Made by a program: the position numbers and the translations under genes
Source: Octopus bimaculoides
Taxonomy: Eukaryota
Direction of reading: 5' to 3'
DNA length: 64,000 nt
Assembly: GCF_001194135.2 (NCBI RefSeq)
Contig: NC_068992.1
Location: forward strand, 13,751,584 to 13,815,583
Notes under the pieces: generated by a model
Database searches by the model: none
Told to the model about the DNA's origin: nothing
The model's input: the letters and a program-made list of their open reading frames with translations, nothing else
Shown: piece by piece, positions 12,311-24,570 of the stretch
Layout of the letters: the number at the start of each line of letters is the position of its first letter
How positions within the stretch are numbered: the first letter of the stretch is position 1

Positions 12311-13628
12311 TATATATGGAGAGAGAGAGAGATACCATATATCATATATGTATGTGCTTATGCGCGTAGATTGACATACAGATAGATAGATAGATAGATA
12401 GATAGATATATAGATAGATAGATAGATAGATGCATAAATGCATACATATAAGTATATGTATGTATAATTATATATTATATATCATCTCACAGATACATTA
12501 CATATATTTAAAGTGTACCTACATACTTTTGTTGCATACTCTCATATAATTTCTCCTGTATACTTACAAATCAACTTACACTACGTAAGAGGGTAATTTT
12601 CGATAACACCTACTAATATTAGTTTAATATACTCTACTCTACTAAATTCTAGTTATATTTCTTTGTGTGTGTGTGTGAATGTGTGTGAATGTGTGTGAAT
12701 GTGTGTGAATGTGTGTGTGTGTGTGTGTGTGTCTTTTCTACTCTGGCATCTCATAGTTCATCCATTTAAATTTTACCTACTTGAGTGCGTGAATTGACCA
12801 TAGAAAATGGGAAATAGTTGTCTTATTTTATCTCAAAATGTCTATTCACGTTAGTTCAGTAACAATGGTCAGTTATAGCTAGCCTCACAATATGGGCGAA
12901 TAAAATGGCCGTTATATATTCTCTGCTTTTGCAAAATATCCTCTGTAATTGTGTACGTTGGCGGAAGTGTAATAACATAAAATTAGTTGCTTCTGTTCTG
13001 CAGCTGAAATGAAGCCTGGCTTTAGTAACAGCCCATTGAGGTTCATTTACGCACAGTTTCTAGAATATTGCTGTGGTTGTTAATATTGTATCATTATTTT
13101 AATCTTTATTTCACTCGGTTTCTATTTTAGTCGAATGTATATGCAGGAATTTTATTATTATGTTCAATCATTACTTCGAAAAGGTTTATGCAAGTTTTAC
13201 TATGCAATGTAATTGTTTTGTGAATGTTTTTATGAGCAGATGAGTTGCATCCCACCCACAATACGTATTCAATAAGCACTGGCGATCTTCAAACCACACA
13301 CACACACACACACACAGATATACGTAGATGAATATGTGTATATATGAATGCACATACATATATACATATATAGATAGATGTGTATATATATATATATATA
13401 TATNNNNNNNNNNNNNNNNNNNNNNNNNNNNNNNNNNNNNNNNNNNNNNNNNNNNNNNNNNNNNNNNNNNNNNNNNNNNNNNNNNNNNNNNNNNNNNNNN
13501 NNNNNNNNNNNNNNNNNNNNNNNNNNNNNNNNNNNNNNNNNNNNNNNNNNNNNNNNNNNNNNNNNNNNNNNNNNNNNNNNNNNNNNNNNNNNNNNNNNNN
13601 NNNNNNNNNNNNNNNNNNNNNNNNNNNN

Positions 13629-13660
<32 letters not shown>

Positions 13661-14242
13661 GATATATACATACACAAATACATATATATGTGAATGTGTG
13701 TGTGTCTATGATCCCCGAGGAAATCATGATTTTCGTAACTATGTATCCTTCATATATACGTTACTAACATACAAAATTGTTTTCATTCGTCCAAATAGCA
13801 TGCATTCTATTTAAATATGGAGGATATGGAAAAGGTGATTTCGATGACTAACCTAATAATATATCCAGCGACAGGGAATTAAATGAAATCCCTCGTTATT
13901 ATGGATCATGAAGAATAGCAAATGTTTGACCTTATGAATCTGTTACAATGTGAATTGTTCTTCATCTAGCGGTTCCGTTGTCTGCGTATTCGATTTCTGA
14001 ACAAGTTGGCGCTTATTTTCATGATACAGGGCATTTCACTTTATGATACCCCAACCAACAGAGCTGGAAAAGTGTGTAGCTTAGTGGTGATGCAGTTGTC
14101 TATTGTTATTCATCTCGTTCTTTCTGTCTTTCTTTATCTCTCTCTCTCTCTCTCTCTCTCTATTTATCTATCTCTGTCACATCCAAACTCACTCACATTC
14201 ACACGTGTGCGTGCGAATTTTACATTAATGATGTTCTCCGAA

Positions 14243-14439
14243 GGCGGCTACCTGGACGAAATGCTTAGAGGTGTTTCGCCCGTCACTACGTTCTAAGTTC
14301 AAATTCCACCGAAGTCGAGTTTACCCTTCATCCTTTCGGAGACGATAAACTAAGTTCTAGTTGAGTACTGGGGTCGATGTAATCGTCTATTCCTCTCACC
14401 CCAATTTCAGGTCTTATGCCTAAAATAGGAAGGATTATT
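14243..14439 (+). mobile_element. SINE family B, diverged
   Basis: gaaatgcttagaggtgtttcg...gttcaaattccaccgaagtcgag...cttcatcctttcggagacgataaac...ggggtcgatgtaatcg and a gattatt tail. Confidence 0.8.
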
Positions 14440-14901
14440 GATGTTCTCCTGTATCTACAACGGTTGGCACAAATGTTTGCTTATGCTCATGATTATATAG
14501 ATATCACAAACACTCACATAAGATGTCACATGTTACATATTCATATTCTCTTACGAGTGACAGCGACATTTTTCGAATTACAATGTAACATATTTGTGAC
14601 TGAAAATCTTATATTCATGTACTGTTTATTGGTTTCACCGAGATGAAATATTTAGTAGATCTTCGAAATGGTTCAATGCAGAACATTGACCACTTAAATG
14701 AATACATGTAAAGTAAATGTTTTTTGATACTGATATTTTCCACTAAGCATACTTCATATTCATAAAGTCAGATGCACTGTTAAATGTTGTAAAACACCTT
14801 GATAGACATTGAGTCAACAAATGCTGCCATAATATTAACCAATGACCCTCAAGCAAACATCGTTAGATGACTGTAGTATTTATATCTTCAATTATGCTGA
14901 G

Positions 14902-14982
14902 TATTGTTAAAGCTGAAACCCATATTGTTAAAGCTGAAACCCATATTGTTAAAGCTCAAACCCATATTGTTAAAGCTGAAAC
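14902..14982. repeat. 21-bp minisatellite, about 3.9 copies (tattgttaaagctgaaaccca)
   Basis: Units start at 14902, 14923, 14944 and 14965; one substitution in unit 3. Confidence 0.95.
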
Positions 14983-15689
14983 ATAATCAAACATATATAT
15001 GTTTTGTCTATCGGAAAAGTACGTATCTTTCATGATGTTTTCTTTGGAAAAAAAAATAGAAAATTGTATGTCTGAGTAAATAAAACCAAATAATTTTCTC
15101 ATTTACAAATTTTGGTTACAGCACGAATTTAATAGCATTTGCCTCTCTGCAAAAATATTTTTATTGTGTCGACACACACTGTCAACTCTTACTAAGTATT
15201 AATTAGCACCAATAATCTAAATGTTTTTTTTTTATTTGTCGTGTGTCTTCTAGTTTACGGTTTAGTTCTTTTGAACAGTGTAAGTCGCTTCCTATCAGGA
15301 GAAAAAAACTGCAGTATTTTCAAAAATTGGTCTATATGCCTCGAAGCGAAATTCAGAAATGTATTCTTCATACATGACTCTTACATTAAACTCGAATTTT
15401 TATGAGCCTCTTCGAGAAATCCAATTCACGAAACCCAGTTCAATGCATCAAGCTTGTATACATAAGCATCTGCGACAGATAAATTCATTGTCATATTAAA
15501 ATGGCTAAAGTTAGAACTCATATTCTGAAAAAAAGAGGGAGCGAAAGCCTTTTAGTGAGATCGGGTAATGGAGGCAGGGTCTGGCAACGTCACGATCTAG
15601 TGTAAATATAAGTGCAGCGTTCTACACTAAAGCACAATAGGCCACAGAGAATTTCTCACTGAAGCACCTACCTTGATGACTTGCTGTGT

Positions 15690-15963
15690 CTCTGTAGAAG
15701 AGGCACAGCAAGTGCAAAAGACCAATACTTGCGATCTCCAGTTGATTCTTCTACAACAAACTTGACTTTATGTGATACACCATAGACAGAATGGAAAACA
15801 AACCTGAAATTGATGAGATTCTGATTGATTTGGATCGACCGAAATCCATCGATATTCGACTTGCCCAAAGTTGATTGCAGTCCTAAAACTAGTAGATTAT
15901 CAATTAAAATGGCCAACTCAGAATTGTCAGACATCGCGAATTCAGCTCCTAAGGGATGACTCC

Positions 15964-16027
<64 letters not shown>

Positions 16028-16750
16028 TTGCACGCCTGATCTCTTGTATGAGCTCTGAGACTGCAGCTTTTATTGTCCAGGCAAGAATTGAGTGGCATCA
16101 CTTTCGAATTGAACAGTTGGAAGGTTGTGTCGGTGTATGTGGATGATATCACCGTAATGATATCACAGACCGTGCAAGTTAAGGTAGAAGATTCCATTCT
16201 AAAGGAAACAAAGGCGATGACAGGAGCAAAGATAAATCTAAATAAGTCGGTGTGCTTTTGGTTGACCCCGGAAGAGGCAAGTCTATGACATCGAATAGCA
16301 TGCGCATAGGACGAGCAAACCACATTGCGCGAACTTGTGCAGTATCCGAGAATTGGTGAGTTTTTCTAAATGTCGGAGAGCTGTTGTCATGTGTAAGTCG
16401 AATCCGACTATCGGCTGGATCCACCGGAAGTATCTCTCCACCAACCACCTTAGACAAGGCAGGGCAGGCTATGTTCCTCTGTCTAGTAGCTATGGCGAAA
16501 GCGGTTGTGTGCTGTCGAGGTTCAAAGGATTGAGGTTAAACAACTTCGTTTTCCCCCAAGCACATATCGATATTTTTTAAGTTCCACTCAGAAAGGAAAG
16601 TGTAGTTGGAGAGGGAAAGTCCGTCTCACATTGAGTTTGAGAAAAGGTTGCAGATTGTGGCAAAAATAGATTTAGGTGTGTGGTCCTAGTCGAAGCACAC
16701 TCTTGTAGATTGGAGAAAAGGACTTAAGCGAGGTCATGTGCCTTTCGTGG
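15690..16750 (+). mobile_element. Tx1/L1-clade LINE reverse transcriptase fragment, decayed
   Basis: LDFM*YTIDRMENKPEIDEILIDLDRPKSID (RT domain 3, LD..KAFD-like), then VSVYVDDITVMIS...TGAKINLNKSVCFWL (YADD domain 5 to domain 6). A (TA)(TG) microsatellite at about 15964-16026 interrupts domain 4. Confidence 0.8.
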
Positions 16751-17132
16751 ACAGTATAATCTTGAGTTTGTTGGATTCCTTCATTTCCATAGCAGGAATT
16801 TTTCCTGTATTAAGAGAACTACATTATTTACCTGTTGAAATAATTTGTATACTCGGCACAGGGTTTATTTCTCTTCAATTTTTCCCCTCACCATCCATGT
16901 AATCCAACACACAGATTGTAGTCTGCTCTCGTGATATCCTCCTCTCTTTAAGGTTAAATAGTAATTCCCTTTAAGTTTGTGTAACTGAGATATTTTGGTT
17001 GGATTATATAGCCATTGGTATTACATTACTTTCTAAATTCTGTAACTGTCACAGTACACTTTTCAAGGCCTGAAATTATTTGTGGGGAAGGGGCCAGTTG
17101 ATTAGATCGATTCCAGTACACAACTATTTATT

Positions 17133-17330
17133 ATCATTATTATTATTATTATTATCATTATTATTATTGTTGTTGTTGTTGTTGTTATTATTTTCATCAT
17201 TATTACTATCATCATCATCATTATTGTTGTTATTGTTGCTGCTGCTGTTATAGTCGTCGTCGTCACTTCAGTTGATGCTGCTGTTGTTGATGTTGTTCTT
17301 CTTCTGTTCGTTCTTCTGCGTTTATTCTTC
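17133..17330. repeat. Mosaic trinucleotide tract (ATT/ATC/GTT/GCT/GTC/CTT)
   Basis: Directly visible successive triplet runs. Confidence 0.9.
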
Positions 17331-17646
17331 TACAACTAATCTATGTCTTCGTATTTGTTTCCTCTTTCATCATCATCTTTAATAGATACTATGTTTGCCA
17401 TATCTTTTGTCTGTAATATAATTTATTAGAAGGCAACAATAAATATTGTTCTCCTTGTATAAGGTTTGTGTTAGATTAAAGATCTAAATTGGAAACGGTT
17501 TAACAAAAAAATATTTCAGGGGAAAAAGAAAATATTAATGGCAAAAATTTAAAACAAAGACTAAAAATAAAGTTCTTCAAAAATACAATTTATTTTTGAC
17601 ACATGAATGTGAGTATATACATACTTACATAGCAATGCACTAGTAA

Positions 17647-17702
<56 letters not shown>

Positions 17703-18674
17703 NNNNNNNNNNNNNNNNNNNNNNNNNNNNNNNNNNNNNNNNNNNNNNNNNNNNNNNNNNNNNNNNNNNNNNNNNNNNNNNNNNNNNNNNNNNNNNNNNN
17801 NNNNNNNNNNNNNNNNNNNNNNNNNNNNNNNNNNNNNNNNNNNNNNNNNNNNNNNNNNNNNNNNNNNNNNNNNNNNNNNNNNNNNNNNNNNNNNNNNNNN
17901 NNNNNNNNNNNNNNNNNNNNNNNNNNNNNNNNNNNNNNNNNNNNNNNNNNNNNNNNNNNNNNNNNNNNNNNNNNNNNNNNNNNNNNNNNNNNNNNNNNNN
18001 NNNNNNNNNNNNNNNNNNNNNNNNNNNNNNNNNNNNNNNNNNNNNNNNNNNNNNNNNNNNNNNNNNNNNNNNNNNNNNNNNNNNNNNNNNNNNNNNNNNN
18101 NNNNNNNNNNNNNNNNNNNNNNNNNNNNNNNNNNNNNNNNNNNNNNNNNNNNNNNNNNNNNNNNNNNNNNNNNNNNNNNNNNNNNNNNNNNNNNNNNNNN
18201 NNNNNNNNNNNNNNNNNNNNNNNNNNNNNNNNNNNNNNNNNNNNNNNNNNNNNNNNNNNNNNNNNNNNNNNNNNNNNNNNNNNNNNNNNNNNNNNNNNNN
18301 NNNNNNNNNNNNNNNNNNNNNNNNNNNNNNNNNNNNNNNNNNNNNNNNNNNNNNNNNNNNNNNNNNNNNNNNNNNNNNNNNNNNNNNNNNNNNNNNNNNN
18401 NNNNNNNNNNNNNNNNNNNNNNNNNNNNNNNNNNNNNNNNNNNNNNNNNNNNNNNNNNNNNNNNNNNNNNNNNNNNNNNNNNNNNNNNNNNNNNNNNNNN
18501 NNNNNNNNNNNNNNNNNNNNNNNNNNNNNNNNNNNNNNNNNNNNNNNNNNNNNNNNNNNNNNNNNNNNNNNNNNNNNNNNNNNNNNNNNNNNNNNNNNNN
18601 NNNNNNNNNNNNNNNNNNNNNNNNNNNNNNNNNNNNNNNNNNNNNNNNNNNNNNNNNNNNNNNNNNNNNNNNNN

Positions 18675-18725
<51 letters not shown>

Positions 18726-19182
18726 TACACACATATATATATATATATGAATATATATAAACACACATACAGTAATTTTTTTTTTCTAAAAATCAAGGAA
18801 GCTACAAGTCCAAAGAGAACTTTATGCCAGTTAAATATAACTGGAGAACAATTCTTTTTTTTTTTTCTACACGATTTATGATTTACCAAAGAAATACCGC
18901 TTTGTTTAATGCATAGATATCTGAAGTGCTTATGTAGGCATGCATGCATATATGTATATAAAAGCACCTGCATCTACACACATATACAAGCAAGCACACG
19001 TACCAACATATATATATATATATAAATAGTTAGATGTAATGAAAATACGTATTTATGACAGGAGCAAAAGTAGCAAGATGCCACGCAGAATTATTTCTCT
19101 ATAGATATATTGAATTTTTCCCTGAAGGTCACGCGTTCTTATTTACGTGTGCATTTATATATATATATATATGTGTGTGTGC

Positions 19183-19225
<43 letters not shown>

Positions 19226-19231
<6 letters not shown>

Positions 19232-19459
19232 CTTTACTACCCACAAGGGACTACACACAGAGGGGACAAACAAAGACAGACAAACGGATTAAGTCGATTA
19301 TATCGACCCCAGTGCGTAACTGGTACTTATTTAATCGACCCCGAAAGGATGAAAGGCAAAGTCGACCTCGGCGAAATTTGAACTCAGAACGTAGCGGCAG
19401 ACGAAATACCGCTAAGCATTTCGTCCGGCGTGCTAACGTTTCTGCCAGCTCACTCGCCT
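19226..19459 (-). mobile_element. SINE family B monomer (subfamily with ...GTCCCCTCTGTGTGTAG...AAAGAAATAA 3' end)
   Basis: Full head (reverse of gctaacgtttctgccagctcactcgcc), B-box-like GAGTTCAAATT and central GTCGACTTTGCCTTTCATCCTTTCGGGGTCGAT. From recall, this central segment resembles the Meta/MESC-type SINE domain. Confidence 0.9.
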
Positions 19460-19471
19460 TTGCGTGTGTGT

Positions 19472-19525
<54 letters not shown>

Positions 19526-19535
19526 GTATAAATAT

Positions 19536-19680
19536 ATATTAACAGAGGATGTGCAGATAAGTTATAGTTCAGTTTACTCCATTATCACTGCAAGTTTACA
19601 TATGAGACGCATGTCTTCCAAGTTTGTGGCTAAACTGCTTTCAGCTGACCAAAAAGATACTCGGGTTTAAGTTGCGCAAA
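19536..19680 (+). mobile_element. Mariner transposase internal fragment
   Basis: LTEDVQISYSSVYSIITASLHMRRMSSKFVAKLLSADQKDTRV matches the mariner HTH2/WVPHEL-linker region (GMRRVSAKFVPKLL..DQK). Confidence 0.85.
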
Positions 19681-19928
19681 GTCGCCAAGCTTTTGGCATA
19701 ATTTGATGCAGATTCTCTTCTCAACTTTCTCTGTCATGGACAATGCGACGAACACACGCTACACACCTTACTTCCAAGCACTGCTGTAAACATCGGAAGT
19801 GAGCTAGAACGTGAAAACTTAGTGCGCATACATAACAGAGTTCAAGGTCAACCTGTTCCAAGCGGCTTCCCTCTGTGTGTTTTAGCTTCGTTACTATAGC
19901 AACAGTCCGGATACTTGTTGATCAGTCC

Positions 19929-19931
<3 letters not shown>
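19681..19931 (-). mobile_element. Mariner 5' end (TIR, 5' UTR, MTEKVEKRICIKLCQKLG)
   Basis: Reverse complement gives ATGACAGAGAAAGTTGAGAAGAGAATCTGCATCAAATTATGCCAAAAGCTTGGC (mariner N-terminal EQRICIKFC.KLG motif); the TIR ends at 19931 next to TA. Confidence 0.85.
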
Positions 19932-19975
<44 letters not shown>

Positions 19976-20179
19976 CATGTATGAATGTATGTATATACGC
20001 TGCCGAAGGGTAAATACCAAGAAACTCGAGTCCGTTCTTATTGCGTCAGATCAACGATGGGAAGGATGACTTCCCTTTGCAAATTACTAACAAAGTGGAG
20101 TAACGTAGAATTCAGAGTTTGGTACACTAGTTAATATAATTAAGAGAACATCGTAATTATGCTAAATAATTTAAATAAA

Positions 20180-21440
20180 GTACGGACCTAGAAGCGAGGG
20201 AAGACCACAAACCCCAATTCCTATTAAACAGCTCCTGTCACTCCATGTTTACATGTAGTTACTGACAATTTCTTAAAGAACCTCGCCTTTACAGATTCCA
20301 ATCTCCACTCGCATGTCTTTTTGTTTATTTTTCTCTGTTAACGCGTCTTTCTTTTACATTCTCCATTGCGGCAGCTACAAGGTGTTTCATGGCTGCAAAG
20401 TGAGCATCTTAATTACAGTCGTATCATGTTTGATTCCACAGCATCTCTTTGTCGAACTGAATAAACGTTGTAGAGTACGTCATTATATTCCAGACGTAAT
20501 TGTGTCTATGGCATTTATTTTAGGTTTTCATATCGAAGTATTTGTATATTTCTCCATATATACAGCTTACTACCTGATCATATCAGTAAATATTTTATGT
20601 TAGAAGAGGACTTGGCAGCCGGAAATTATGTAATCGATTGTTTTGGTTTGTTTTTTTTTGTTTTTTTTTCTTTTATTGCGTAAACTATAATCGGCATTAG
20701 CTTCCTCTTCTGTTATTTTATTCTAGTAGTTTCTTTGTAGCTAGGCATTGATCTTCAGCAAATAAAACGAGACCTTCCGTTTCTGCCTTTACTCTAGCGC
20801 GTTTGAGCCATTTTTGGCTTTTATATCGACTCACTACTTTTCGGTTCCGTTATGTTGGATACTGACAATAGATAGGTATTTATCTCCATTTGATCTATAG
20901 TATTTATTTTTAGTCTCGTACTGATTTTATCTTCTATGTTTGTTACATTCTTTCTTCTGTGTAATTGATGTCTGGTTTATATAATACTCTTTTATTCCAT
21001 ACATAGATTCCTGGGGTTTTTTTGTGCTTTTTGCTTCATATCGCTTTATTATACAAACCTGTCTATATCTGCTTCCATCACCTGTTTGGTCCTGGACACA
21101 AACTTACTTTAGAATACTTCACATTTTGAATAAAACATAACGCCCAGTAGGATTGGCAGGTATAGTTTATATTTCTATATATAACATATTCAGACGGTAT
21201 AATCGGAATGGTGTGGTTATTTTTGAAGAGTATGTATATAATCTGTTCCATACGCTTAATTTCTAATTTATTACATTGAAGAATAACATTATCGCTAGGA
21301 TGATTTTTCTGTATTTCATCTATATCTTCATTTCAGGCATTGAATACAAATTTTAATATTCATCTATTATTAATGCACCATTCTAATTTTTGTCAGCATT
21401 CCCGTTTGTTTTATCTGATCTCTTATATCGACATCATCCT
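20180..21440 (-). mobile_element. R4/Dong-like (restriction-like endonuclease type) LINE fragment, decayed
   Basis: SQKWLKRARVKAETEGLVLFAEDQCLATK (about 20730-20820) and IDYIISGC (20614-20640, CCHC knuckle remnant) are hallmarks of the R4/Dong C-terminal region; degenerate RT DD region near 21430. Confidence 0.8.
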
Positions 21441-21900
21441 ATTTTAGTCTAAATGTTTTGTTTCAGTATTTAACGTGTTCTCAATTATCTTCTTAATTTC
21501 ACTCTCTCTCTCTCTTTGTGTGACCTGTCTAGCCATTCAATTTTATATCCCTGCTTTGTACTTATAGTATATCAAAAGATCAAAACAGCTCTGAAACTGT
21601 TCTACAAACAAGAGAGGGTAAAATTCCCTCGTCATTCGAAGAATTGTTTTTTACTTTATAAATCTACGCTTATCAACACATAGGGGTGCAGCATGCATAC
21701 GCGTGCCCTCTGCCAAAGTAACTTGCACAAGTCTCCAGCGTGTTACCAATCAAACAGCCCCAGCCTCATTCATACCTAGCAGAGGTGAACGGATTTATGA
21801 TAAGAGTATCGTTTGAAGCAATATCTGTGGTTATGACTGTTCTGGCCTATTGATTACAATTTCTTATAGTGTTCAATTCATTTTTATTTTATCTTAATCT

Positions 21901-22018
21901 GAAAAATGAGCGTCCAAGTCGACCTCGGTGAAATTTGAACTCAGAACGTAAATATGGAAGAATTGCTGCTAAGCAATTCGTACGGCTTTCTAACAAGTTC
22001 TGCCTGCTCTTCGCCTTT
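21901..22018 (-). mobile_element. SINE family B 5' half
   Basis: aagtcgacctcggtgaaatttgaactcagaacgtaa...gctaagcaattcg...ttctgcctgctcttcgcc. Confidence 0.8.
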
Positions 22019-22527
22019 ATATTTACTTCTCAAAATGCAAGAAGTCTGTAGCTCTTACTTTTTACCAATCGAACTTGTTCGAAACTAATCGAATCTGCTT
22101 ACATTTTGATTCAAACACGTGATCTCTATCTTCTTCAGCTTAGTTTACCATGGTTCTTCGCATTCTTCACAATTACATCTACCATTTTAATACCATTTAC
22201 ATCTGACGTGTGGTTTGCAAGAACGTCTTTCCGCTCCCTCCTTCCAACATGACACCTGACCCATTCTTATGTTAGTTGTGTGTTTTCCATCTTGCGATAT
22301 TTATGGTTTACCTTCCGAAAACAAGACTGAAGCGAGTGTTTCTGTGGAGCTGTCTGTTCGTTTTAATCTATTTTAATGCATTCTGTTATGCAGAACTGTC
22401 CATAATATCTGTAGTATTCGTGACCATTTTATAAGAATCGTATATATATTGGTTTTCCCATACTTATCAGCTTCAAGCTTGATACATTCCTAAATTAAAC
22501 GTCATTCATTATTTGATCGAAACTAAG

Positions 22528-22975
22528 ATGCTTGCAAAATCGTCAGCACCCCGGCCAAAATATTTAGCGGTATTTCGTCTGTCTTTATGTTCTGAGTTCA
22601 AATTCCGCCGAGGTCTACTTTCGTTTTCATCCTTTTGGGATTGATAAATTATGTACCAGTTGCGTATTGGGGTTGATCTAATCAACTGGTCCCCTCACCA
22701 AAAATTTCGAGCCTTGTGCCCAGAGTAGAAAAAGATTATTTGTTTGAAACTAAGGTGCCGAGCTGACAGAATCGATAGCACGCCGGGCGAAATTCTCAGC
22801 GGTATTTCGTCTATTGATTACGTTCTGAGTTCAAATTGCGCCTAGGTCGACTTTGCCTTTCATCCTTGCAGGATCGATAAATATAGTACCAATTTCGTTC
22901 TGGGGGTCGATGTGATCGATTGTATCCCTCCATACAAAAATCCAGGTGTTGCGCATATAACAGAAAGAATTATTT
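22528..22975 (+). mobile_element. Tandem pair of SINE family B copies (older 3' end type)
   Basis: Two units of about 230 bp, each with gttctgagttcaaatt..., ttcatcct...gataaat and an ATT tail, separated and flanked by a repeated attatttg.t.gaaac motif. Confidence 0.85.
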
Positions 22976-23454
22976 GTTTGAAACGGTTTAAGGTAAAATC
23001 TAACTTAATGAATTAATTCGCTACAGAGTTCAGTTGATCGTCATAAGTTAATATCTGATTAATCATAAAATACCTACGTAAGGAGAAAACTGTTGTAAAC
23101 AACACCTGGGTTTAAATATAGTGACAGCCTACTGAGATTGCAATTGTATTTCCTAAATACTGATAAATTATTCTTTAATAAATTGTATTGTGTGATCGCA
23201 TTTACAATAATTAATATATAAAAATGTGTTCCTATTAATTGATTTGCTGCAGTCATGTCTCTAGAGAGACGCCAACGTTCATTGCTGTATATCGCTTTCT
23301 TCTTCAATAACTATATATGACAGTGATCACATATATATGTATATACTGTATTATATTACGTCACACACAAATACACATACACATATGCACAGATGCACAC
23401 ACACACACGCTTACACACATACACACATTTATTTGCGGAGGGAAGTATGTATAT

Positions 23455-23610
23455 TCACTACTACAACTATAACAGTTAAGGTTGCTACTAATGCAAATGT
23501 TTACTATAACAACAGTAATAATAATAATGGAACGAATTATGACGACGACGACGATGATGATGATGATGATGGTCACGGTATTCTTTATCATCATCAACAA
23601 CATGATAACT
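23455..23610. repeat. Mosaic trinucleotide tract (CTA/AAT/GAC/GAT/CAT/CAA)
   Basis: Directly visible; a (GGA)n run follows at about 23850-23903, next to a gap. Confidence 0.8.
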
Positions 23611-23694
23611 ATAAATCACGTGGTCACAACATAAATATAGATATGAGGATACACACATGTACACACAATCCCACACACACACAAACATACAAAT

Positions 23695-23751
<57 letters not shown>

Positions 23752-24513
23752 TATACACACATATATATAAATAAATACACAAAACACACACACACACATA
23801 CACACATATATATATATACACACAAGTACATGTATACACATGGTGGAGAAGGAGGAGGACGAGGAGGAAGTGGAAGTAGGGGAGGAGGAGGAGGAGGAGG
23901 AGGNNNNNNNNNNNNNNNNNNNNNNNNNNNNNNNNNNNNNNNNNNNNNNNNNNNNNNNNNNNNNNNNNNNNNNNNNNNNNNNNNNNNNNNNNNNNNNNNN
24001 NNNNNNNNNNNNNNNNNNNNNNNNNNNNNNNNNNNNNNNNNNNNNNNNNNNNNNNNNNNNNNNNNNNNNNNNNNNNNNNNNNNNNNNNNNNNNNNNNNNN
24101 NNNNNNNNNNNNNNNNNNNNNNNNNNNNNNNNNNNNNNNNNNNNNNNNNNNNNNNNNNNNNNNNNNNNNNNNNNNNNNNNNNNNNNNNNNNNNNNNNNNN
24201 NNNNNNNNNNNNNNNNNNNNNNNNNNNNNNNNNNNNNNNNNNNNNNNNNNNNNNNNNNNNNNNNNNNNNNNNNNNNNNNNNNNNNNNNNNNNNNNNNNNN
24301 NNNNNNNNNNNNNNNNNNNNNNNNNNNNNNNNNNNNNNNNNNNNNNNNNNNNNNNNNNNNNNNNNNNNNNNNNNNNNNNNNNNNNNNNNNNNNNNNNNNN
24401 NNNNNNNNNNNNNNNNNNNNNNNNNNNNNNNNNNNNNNNNNNNNNNNNNNNNNNNNNNNNNNNNNNNNNNNNNNNNNNNNNNNNNNNNNNNNNNNNNNNN
24501 NNNNNNNNNNNNN

Positions 24514-24570
<57 letters not shown>

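Noticed and set aside
14902-14982. CRISPR-like array (also the SINE tandem arrays)
   Set aside because: No unique spacers between repeats, eukaryotic context, no cas genes.
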